In this document: positions 22,459-29,072 of the stretch, piece by piece
How positions within the stretch are numbered: position 1 is the stretch's first letter
Layout: the number at the start of each line of letters is the position of its first letter
Origin: Haloferax volcanii DS2
GTDB taxonomy: Archaea; Halobacteriota; Halobacteria; Halobacteriales; Haloferacaceae
Assembly (NCBI RefSeq): GCF_000025685.1
Contig: NC_013964.1
Location: 90,001 to 122,000, forward strand
Length of the DNA: 32,000 bases
Direction of reading: 5' to 3'
Made by a program: the position numbers and the translations under genes
The notes under the pieces: model-generated
Told to the model about the DNA's origin: nothing
The model's database searches: none
What the model saw: only the letters and a program-made list of their open reading frames with translations

Positions 22459-23910
22459 ATGTCGAGAACCTACGGTAACTTCATCGACGGCGAATGGACA
22501 GATTCCCAGTCGGGAGAGACGTTCGAAGTGACGAACCCCGCGGCGGCCGGCGAAGTCGTCAGCGTCCCCCCGGCGTCCTCCGAAGCGGACGTCGAGGCGG
22601 CGCTCGACGCGGCCGTCGCCGCGCAGGACGAGTGGGCGTCGACGCCCGGTCCGTCCCGTGGCGCGGTGCTCCGCGAGGCCGGCAACAACCTCGAAGCCCG
22701 GAAGGAGGAGGCGACCGAAGTGCTCGTCCGCGAGGAGGGCAAGACGCGCTCCGAGGCGGGCGGCGAAGTACAGCGCGCCATCGACATCTTCCACTACTAC
22801 GGCGCGAAGGCGCGGGACTTCGGCGGCACCGTCAAGTCTGCGAGCGCCCCCGGCAAGGACCTCTACACGAAGCACGAACCCCTCGGCACGGTCGCGCTCA
22901 TCACGCCGTGGAACTACCCCATCGCCATCCCGGTCTGGAAGCTCGCCCCGGCGCTCGCGGCCGGTAACACCGCGGTCCTCAAGCCGGCGTCCGAAGCGCC
23001 GGGCGTCGTCTCCATCGTCCTCGAATGTCTCGACGATGCGGGACTCCCGGCCGGCGTGGCGAACACCATCACCGGCTCCGGGAGCGAGGTCGGCGGCCCG
23101 CTCATCGAGAGCGAGCGCATCGACGGCGTCTCCTTTACCGGCAGCACCGCCGTGGGGACGATGGTCGCCGAGACGGCCGCGGTCGACCTCAAGCGCGTCC
23201 AGTGTGAGATGGGCGGCAAGAACCCGACCGTCGTGATGCCCAGCGCGGACATCGAGGCGGCCGCCGAGACCGTCGGCGTCGGCGCGTTCGGCACGACCGG
23301 CCAGTCGTGTACGGCCACCTCGCGCGCCATCGTCCACGAGGACGTGTACGACGAGTTCGTCGCGGCCGTCTCCGACTACGCCGAGTCGCTCGTCGTCGGC
23401 GACGGACTCGACGACCCCGACATGGGCCCGCACGTCTCCGAGAACGAACTGTCCTCGACGCTCGAATACATCGACATCGGCTCCTCGGAGGGCGCGACGC
23501 TCGAAGCCGGTGGCAGCCGACTCTCCGGCGACGACTACGACGACGGCTACTTCGTCGAGCCGACCGTGTTCTCCGGCGTCGAAAACGACGCTCGTATCGC
23601 TCAAGAGGAGATTTTCGGTCCCGTCCTCGCGGTCGTCAAGACCGACTCCTTCGAGGACGCGCTCGACCTCGCCAACGACGTTGACTACGGGCTGTCGGCC
23701 AGCATCGTCACGCAGGACCTCAGCGAGGGCAAGCGCTTCGTCAACGAGGTCGAAGCGGGCGTCGCGAAAATCAACGAGAAGACGACCGGTCTCGAACTCC
23801 ACGTCCCCTTCGGCGGCTACAAGGACTCGTCCACTAACACGTACCGCGAGCAGGGCGACGCCGGCCTCGACTTCTTCTCGTCGGTGAAGACCATCTACGA
23901 GAACTACTGA
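22459..23910 (+). CDS. NAD(P)-dependent aldehyde dehydrogenase, 2-oxoglutarate (alpha-ketoglutarate) semialdehyde dehydrogenase-like
   Basis: ORF 22147..23910 trimmed to MSRTYGNFIDGEWTDS (canonical ALDH N-terminus). The upstream 104 codons are Arg-rich and overlap the AEC gene. Catalytic contexts are EMGGKNP (Glu) and GQSCTATSR (Cys), with cofactor site FTGSTAVG. Confidence 0.9.
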   Translation: MSRTYGNFIDGEWTDSQSGETFEVTNPAAAGEVVSVPPASSEADVEAALDAAVAAQDEWASTPGPSRGAVLREAGNNLEARKEEATEVLVREEGKTRSEAGGEVQRAIDIFHYYGAKARDFGGTVKSASAPGKDLYTKHEPLGTVALITPWNYPIAIPVWKLAPALAAGNTAVLKPASEAPGVVSIVLECLDDAGLPAGVANTITGSGSEVGGPLIESERIDGVSFTGSTAVGTMVAETAAVDLKRVQCEMGGKNPTVVMPSADIEAAAETVGVGAFGTTGQSCTATSRAIVHEDVYDEFVAAVSDYAESLVVGDGLDDPDMGPHVSENELSSTLEYIDIGSSEGATLEAGGSRLSGDDYDDGYFVEPTVFSGVENDARIAQEEIFGPVLAVVKTDSFEDALDLANDVDYGLSASIVTQDLSEGKRFVNEVEAGVAKINEKTTGLELHVPFGGYKDSSTNTYREQGDAGLDFFSSVKTIYENY

Positions 23911-23929
23911 GCCGCGGGCCTCCGCGCGC

Positions 23930-24703
23930 TCAGGAGAACTTCGTGTTCAGTTCGATGACGTTCGCCGCGCTTCGGACGTAGTCCGCGAGTTCGCCGTGCA
24001 GGCGGTCCTCGGTGAACCGGCTCGACGGGCCGGTGATGCTAATCGCGCCGAGGATTGTCTCGTCGTTCTTGACCGGCGCAGAGACGCAGCGCAGACCGTT
24101 GATGTTCTCCTCGTCGTCGATGCCGTACCCTTGCTCGCGGATGGTTTCGAGCTCCTCGAACAGCTCCTCCGGACTGGTGATGGTGTTCGCCGTCTTGGGC
24201 TCGTACTCCATCGCGGCCGCGATTTCCTCGATGCGCTCGGGCGGCAGGTACGCCAGAATCGTCTTGCCCAGCGACGTGGAGTACATCGGCTGTTGGGTCC
24301 CCACCCGCGACAGCGTCTCGACGGCGTGTTCCCCCTGCGCCTTGTGGAGGTACGAGACCTTTCCGTACTCCTCGACGCCGAACTGGACGATTTCGCCCGT
24401 CTCCTCGGCCAGCGAGTCGACCTCTTTTTGAACGATGTCGAAGTTGCCTATCTGGTCGCGGACGTGCGAAGCCACGTCGAGAAACCGCAGGCCCAGCCGG
24501 TAGCCGTCGCCCTCTCGGACGATGACGCGCCGCTCTTCGAGCGTTCGGAGGTGGCTGTGGACCGTGCTCTTCGAGTGGCCGAGCTCGTCGGCAATTCGCG
24601 TCACGCCGATGCCCGCCTCCTCCTGGAGGTGGTCGATGATATTGAACGCTATCTGGACCGAGCGGATTGTTCGGCCGGGGCGTTTGTTCGGTGGGGAGCT
24701 CAT
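23930..24703 (-). CDS. IclR-family transcriptional regulator
   Basis: ORF 23930..24952 trimmed to MSSPPNKRPGRTIRSVQIAFNIIDHL. It has a winged-HTH (GVTRIADELGHSKSTVHSHLRTLEERRVIV) plus an IclR effector domain (MYSTSLGKTILAY, NGLRCVSAPV, GAISITGP). TATA spacing supports the start at 24703. Confidence 0.92.
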   Translation of the reverse strand: MSSPPNKRPGRTIRSVQIAFNIIDHLQEEAGIGVTRIADELGHSKSTVHSHLRTLEERRVIVREGDGYRLGLRFLDVASHVRDQIGNFDIVQKEVDSLAEETGEIVQFGVEEYGKVSYLHKAQGEHAVETLSRVGTQQPMYSTSLGKTILAYLPPERIEEIAAAMEYEPKTANTITSPEELFEELETIREQGYGIDDEENINGLRCVSAPVKNDETILGAISITGPSSRFTEDRLHGELADYVRSAANVIELNTKFS

Positions 24704-24727
24704 GGTGTGGTAGTCGAACCAGAGCCG

Positions 24728-24736
24728 TATATATTT
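24728..24736 (-). promoter_or_regulatory. TATA box of the iclR gene
   Basis: tatatattt (minus strand AAATATATA) is centred about 29 nt upstream of ATG 24703. Confidence 0.45.
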
Positions 24737-24737
24737 G

Positions 24738-24753
24738 TTCCCGCCTGGGGAAC
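24738..24753. promoter_or_regulatory. Dyad TTCCC-GCCTG-GGGAA(C); extended form GTTCCC-N5-GGGAAC; candidate IclR operator
   Basis: Perfect 6-bp arms at 24737-24742 and 24748-24753. It abuts the upstream side of the iclR TATA box (-34 to -50 from the iclR start). A 15/16 match lies at 20149-20164. Confidence 0.4.
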
Positions 24754-24890
24754 GTATCGGCTGCGACGAACGAGTACCCCCGGCTCCGGACTGGCTGACC
24801 GACTGGCCCGCGCGGCCGCCTTCCCGCGGTGGCGCGTCGCCATGGGATACATTTTTCATCCCTGCACGTCTTCGTGTGGGTACTGTACCC

Positions 24891-25958
24891 ATGCCAGCAG
24901 ACGAGCTTACACCAGTCCAGCGCGCCGCGTCGTATCTCCGGTCGTTGGACATCGACGGTCAATCGTGGATTACCGGCGTCGCCATCAACGGCCTGCTCGC
25001 CGAGGGCGGAGACGAGTCGGTCGAGCGCGCGAAGCACTTCGTCGACACCGCGGTGGCGACCCAGAACGACGCCGGGCAGTTGAGCTACGGCCCGAGCTAC
25101 CCAATTGAGGTTTTCAGCCACGGCCGCGAGTACGAGGCGAGCTGGGAGCTGACCGTCAAGAAGTGCATGAACACGAACAACAGCACCGCCATCGGTCACA
25201 GCGTCCTCGACTTCTACGACCGCACGGGCGAGGACCGCTACCTCGACGCGGCCGAACGCGCCTACGAATCGCTTCTCTCCTTCGAGCGGACCGAAGACGG
25301 CGGCATCCCTCACCACGACCCCGAACTCGCGGGCATCAAGTCGCTGTGGATCGACTCCGTCTACATGATGTGCCCGTTCCTCGCGCGCTACGGCGCGGCC
25401 GCGGGCGACGCCGACGCCTTCGACGAGGCGGTCGAGCAGATTCTGATTCACGCCGCGCACCTCCGCGACGGCCACACGGGGCTGTTCCGCCACATCTGGG
25501 TCGAACAGCCGAACCACTACCCGCAGGGCGCGTTCTGGGCGCGCGGCAACGGGTGGGCCGCCGCCGCCTCGGCGGACGTGCTCGAACGGCTCCCCGAGGA
25601 CCACCCGAAGCGCGACGACCTCCTCGACCTGTTCCGGTCGCACTGCGAGGCGCTCCTTCCGCTCCAAGACGGTAGCGGTTTCTGGCACAACCTCGTCGAC
25701 GACCCGCACACGCCGCTCGAATCGTCGGGGACGCTCATGTTCGCCTACGCGTTCGCCCGCGGCATCGACCTCGGCATCCTCGATGCGGAGACCTACCGCC
25801 GACCCGCCGAAGACGGGCTCGCAGCCGTCTCTCGCGTCGTCGGCGAGGAGGGCGCGGTCAACCGCGTCGCCGGCCCGCCGGGCGGCCCCGAGGCTCCGCT
25901 GACGGACACGCCTTACGGACAGGGCTGGTTCCTGATGGCCGCGGCCGCGCTCGACTGA
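24891..25958 (+). CDS. Glycoside hydrolase family 88/105 protein (unsaturated glucuronyl/rhamnogalacturonyl hydrolase), cytoplasmic
   Basis: ORF 24735..25958 trimmed to MPADELTPVQRAASYL. Family blocks of the (alpha/alpha)6 barrel: LWIDSVYMMCPFLARYG, FWARGNGWAAA, GFWHNLVDD, ESSGTLMFAYAF. No signal peptide. Confidence 0.88.
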   Translation: MPADELTPVQRAASYLRSLDIDGQSWITGVAINGLLAEGGDESVERAKHFVDTAVATQNDAGQLSYGPSYPIEVFSHGREYEASWELTVKKCMNTNNSTAIGHSVLDFYDRTGEDRYLDAAERAYESLLSFERTEDGGIPHHDPELAGIKSLWIDSVYMMCPFLARYGAAAGDADAFDEAVEQILIHAAHLRDGHTGLFRHIWVEQPNHYPQGAFWARGNGWAAAASADVLERLPEDHPKRDDLLDLFRSHCEALLPLQDGSGFWHNLVDDPHTPLESSGTLMFAYAFARGIDLGILDAETYRRPAEDGLAAVSRVVGEEGAVNRVAGPPGGPEAPLTDTPYGQGWFLMAAAALD

Positions 25959-26058
25959 GACCTTCGCCCCCAGCGTTCGTTTCGACTCTTTCGGCCTGGC
26001 ACCACAGTTATGCGCTCCGGCGCACATTGACGAACGAACTCCCGCGACAGGAGACACT

Positions 26059-27156
26059 ATGACTTACCACGCAGGCATCATCGGCACGGGCGGCATCGCA
26101 GGGATGGGCATCCTCGGCATGCACGACGAGGAGGCCATCGGCAGAGAGAAAATCGACGCGAGCCACGCGGGCGGGTACGCCGCGACCGACGACATCGAAC
26201 TCGTCGCCGTCGCAGACGTGGACGAGTCGAAACTGGACACCTTCGGGGAGGCGTGGGACATCCCCGCCGACCGCCGGTACGTCGGCCACGAGGCGATGCT
26301 CGAAGCTGAGGACCTCGACGCGGTGTCGGTCTGCACGCCGTCGTTCCTCCACCGCGACCACGTCGTCTACGCCGCGCGCTCCGCGGCCGACCCCTCGGTC
26401 GTCTGGTGCGAGAAACCCATCGCGTCGGCCGTCAGCGACGCCGAGGAAATGGTCGCCGTCTGCGACGACACCGACACGGAACTCGTCGTCAACCACTCGT
26501 TCCGGTTCACGGACAAGCTCCGTCGGCTCCGCGACCTCGTCCGCGATGAGGGTATCCTCGGCGACGTGAAGTCCGTGAGCGCGCAGTACCGCATGGAACT
26601 CATGCGGAACTCCACGCACGTCCTCGACACCCTCGTCTACCTCCTCGACGCGCGGGCCTCGCGGGTGAGCGGCCACATCACCGGCGAGAACGAGGCGCTC
26701 GACGCGCTGGACGCCACGGAGTCGGTCGTCGACGCCGGCGGCGGCGGGCACGTCGTCATGGACGACGGCACGTTCGTCACCGTGGACTGCACGATTCCGC
26801 GCGACGTCTCCTCGATGACGCTGAGTTTCATCGGCACCGAGGGCAAACTCTACATGAACAACGACGACGGCGAGTGGCGCTACTGGTCGCTCGAAGACGG
26901 CGAACACGTCGAGCGGTCGCTCCCCGGCATCGAGGGCGCGTGGACGTGGGAATCGGACTACAAGGGGTCGTTCGCCAACGCGGCGGCCCACGTACAGGAA
27001 CTCCTCGGCGGCGACGCCGAAAACTACTCGCCCGGCGTCGCGGCGACCCGCTCGCTCGAAATCATCGTCGGGTTCTACCTCTCGCACTACACCGATTCGA
27101 CGGTCGATATCCCGCTTCCGGGGCCGCTCCGGGAGGTCCCTATCACGTCGTGGTGA
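26059..27156 (+). CDS. Gfo/Idh/MocA-family NAD(P)-dependent oxidoreductase (putative sugar dehydrogenase)
   Basis: 365 aa with N-terminal Rossmann GIIGTGGIAGMG and the family EKP motif (VWCEKPIA). The C-terminal alpha/beta domain is present. Confidence 0.9.
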   Translation: MTYHAGIIGTGGIAGMGILGMHDEEAIGREKIDASHAGGYAATDDIELVAVADVDESKLDTFGEAWDIPADRRYVGHEAMLEAEDLDAVSVCTPSFLHRDHVVYAARSAADPSVVWCEKPIASAVSDAEEMVAVCDDTDTELVVNHSFRFTDKLRRLRDLVRDEGILGDVKSVSAQYRMELMRNSTHVLDTLVYLLDARASRVSGHITGENEALDALDATESVVDAGGGGHVVMDDGTFVTVDCTIPRDVSSMTLSFIGTEGKLYMNNDDGEWRYWSLEDGEHVERSLPGIEGAWTWESDYKGSFANAAAHVQELLGGDAENYSPGVAATRSLEIIVGFYLSHYTDSTVDIPLPGPLREVPITSW

Positions 27157-27696
27157 GCCGCAGTCGGTCGGTCAGTCGCTCACGCCGGACAATCATCCGG
27201 CATGGCCGGAAGAGCTTCTGGCGCCGGGGATCGAGCTGAATCGGACGTATATCGAGGATAGAGGCCCAAATAGTGCAGTATCGGGTTTTCTATTGCTCTC
27301 TCCCGCAGTGGTCTTCTCGTCTGGCCGGTCGAATCTGTGCTCCAGGATATATCCGTGACACTCCGCATAGAAATAATTCCAAATTACAATTCTATGGTAG
27401 TAATGGTTAGGGCGTGCAACCCGTTTGGACGGCAATCGCGTACATCGAGCCGTCGTACCACTCGGTTAGCGGGTGACGCTCCACGGTCGATTCGAGCCTC
27501 ACCGGGTTTCCGCCAGTGGCGGATAAGTATCCGGAAGGACCGGAGCGAACGGTTATTCCGGAAGACGGCCATTTGTGCGCCGCTACTCCGGGGTAAATTC
27601 GATTTTGGGGTAATTCGTCCAGTACTATTCTCGGTGAGAAATTCGTTGCGGATGGCGGGCGCTCCGCCATGGCCGGACAACTGTCTCCTTCGAGCG

Positions 27697-27999
27697 TCAG
27701 ATCATCCGGTAGACTTCGTCCATCCAACTGTCGTCGGTCTCGACGGTGATGCCGCTCATGACCTCTGCCCAGTCGGCTTGCGCCTCGCTGTTGTCCATTA
27801 CCTCTTGGATGGCCTCCGGGTCGTCGACTTCCATGAAGCCGAAAACGTGGCCGTCTTTCTCGAAGACGCTGTACGTTTGCAGGCCGGCGTCGGAGTCCAA
27901 GTAGGCGGATTCGAGCGCCTCGGGGACGTTCTCGTGTTTCGTTCGGTACTCTTCTCGCTTGCCGTCTTTAATCTCCAGGTGGAACGCGATTCGCGCCAT
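27697..27999 (-). CDS. rhaM: L-rhamnose mutarotase
   Basis: 100 aa. MARIAFHLEIKDGKREEYRTKHENVPEALESAYLDSDAGLQTYSVFEKDGHVFGFMEVDD aligns by eye with E. coli RhaM ([57 protein letters not shown]). Confidence 0.88.
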   Translation of the reverse strand: MARIAFHLEIKDGKREEYRTKHENVPEALESAYLDSDAGLQTYSVFEKDGHVFGFMEVDDPEAIQEVMDNSEAQADWAEVMSGITVETDDSWMDEVYRMI

Positions 28000-28054
28000 A
28001 CGGCCTCCGATTCGGCGGCCCCCGTCTTAGCTTTTCGGCGGGTAAGATTTAGTA

Positions 28055-28066
28055 CGGGAACGCCCG
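28055..28066. promoter_or_regulatory. GC-rich dyad CGGG-AACG-CCCG between the AT-rich box and the amidohydrolase start
   Basis: Lies at -24 to -13 from ATG 28079, directly after the AT-rich taagatttagta (28043-28054). This is the same architecture as 4068-4079 in front of the other lactonase-type gene. Confidence 0.3.
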
Positions 28067-28078
28067 TCGTCGATTGTA

Positions 28079-28948
28079 ATGATAGATACCCACACCCACG
28101 CGTGGGGTGCCGCGAGCCCGGAACACCCGTGGACCAACGGCCCCATCTTGGACCTCGTGGACAGCTTCGACGTACACACCGTCTACACCGCCGAGCGCCT
28201 GCTCGCCGACATGGACCGAAACGGCGTGGACGAGGCGGTCGTCGTGGGCTACCCTATCTGCGACTGGACGGACAACTGGTACACCCGACGGGTCGCCGCC
28301 GAGTACGACCGACTCCACGGCATCGTGATGCTCGACCCCTTCGCCGACGACGCGGTCGAGCGTCTCGACCGCTGTATGGAGACCGACGGCGTCCTCGGCT
28401 TCCGCCTCGGCGCGGCCTGCCCGTACGATCGCATGTGGGAGACGTTCGACCCGAGCGTGACGTGGCTCCGAGAGAGCGTCGAGGAGACCGCGTTCTGGGA
28501 GGCCGCGGTCGACCACGACGCGACCGTCCAGATTCTCTGCGACCACGGCCAACTCGACCAGGCGCTCGAACTCGTCGAGGCGTATCCCGAACTCACCTAC
28601 CTGTTCGACCACTTCGCCCACGCCGGCCCCGAAACCCCCACCGACGAGGGGACGTTCGGCCGGTTCGCCGACCTCGCGGAACACGACTCGGTCGCGGTGA
28701 AGGTCTCGGAAATTGTCCACATGTCCGACTCGGCGTTTCCCTACGCCGACATGCACGACCACGTCCGGTGGCTCCTCGACACCTTCGGTCGCGAGCGGGT
28801 CGTCTGGGGCTCCGACTACCCCAACGTCAGCGACGTCGCCAGCTACGCCGAGGCGTGTAACTGGCTCAAGCAGGTCGACTCGTTATCGAAGGCCGACCGG
28901 TCGTGGCTGACCGAGAAGTCGTTCCGGCGGCACGTCGACCTCGGCTGA
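28079..28948 (+). CDS. Amidohydrolase-2 family (PF04909-like) metal-dependent hydrolase; sugar-acid lactonase or aldarolactone isomerase candidate
   Basis: 289 aa with an N-terminal IDTHTHAW (HxH metal site), later DHFAH, and WGSDYP (Asp). The size and motifs fit the L-rhamnono-/L-fucono-lactonase group. Confidence 0.85.
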   Translation: MIDTHTHAWGAASPEHPWTNGPILDLVDSFDVHTVYTAERLLADMDRNGVDEAVVVGYPICDWTDNWYTRRVAAEYDRLHGIVMLDPFADDAVERLDRCMETDGVLGFRLGAACPYDRMWETFDPSVTWLRESVEETAFWEAAVDHDATVQILCDHGQLDQALELVEAYPELTYLFDHFAHAGPETPTDEGTFGRFADLAEHDSVAVKVSEIVHMSDSAFPYADMHDHVRWLLDTFGRERVVWGSDYPNVSDVASYAEACNWLKQVDSLSKADRSWLTEKSFRRHVDLG

Positions 28949-29030
28949 GCGTAACCGGTCGTCACCGCGTGCCTCGCTCGCACTGTCGTCGATCCGGTGG
29001 CTGAACTCTCCATCTCCGAATGACACCGGT

Positions 29031-29044
29031 ATATTTATTATAAT
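29031..29044 (+). promoter_or_regulatory. TATA-like region of the CUT1 sugar ABC operon
   Basis: atatttattataat is centred about 36 nt upstream of ATG 29073. It resembles the iclR box (gtatatattt). Confidence 0.4.
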
Positions 29045-29072
29045 GAACTATAGTGGTTTGTAATAGCACATC

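Noticed and set aside
23911-23929. GC-rich hairpin (CGCGG-GCCT-CCGCG, 23913-23926) in the 19-bp gap between the convergent ALDH and iclR genes as a bidirectional terminator
   Set aside because: Archaeal termination relies mainly on oligo-T tracts, which are absent here. A 5-bp stem in GC-rich DNA is expected by chance.
24039-26057. 672-aa ORF on the minus strand, the longest ORF in the track
   Set aside because: It is antisense to the GH88/105 gene and out of frame across the iclR gene. Its composition is dominated by Arg/Ala/Gly/Pro/Val runs with no family motif. Both overlapped ORFs have clear family signatures. This is a typical shadow ORF of GC-rich DNA.
27485-27530. tRNA-like or T-loop-like string (ggtcgattcgagcc) and hairpin in the 27.2-27.7 kb spacer
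   Set aside because: I could not fold a cloverleaf around it: no acceptor or anticodon stems, and no GTTCRANYC-type T-loop in the correct context.
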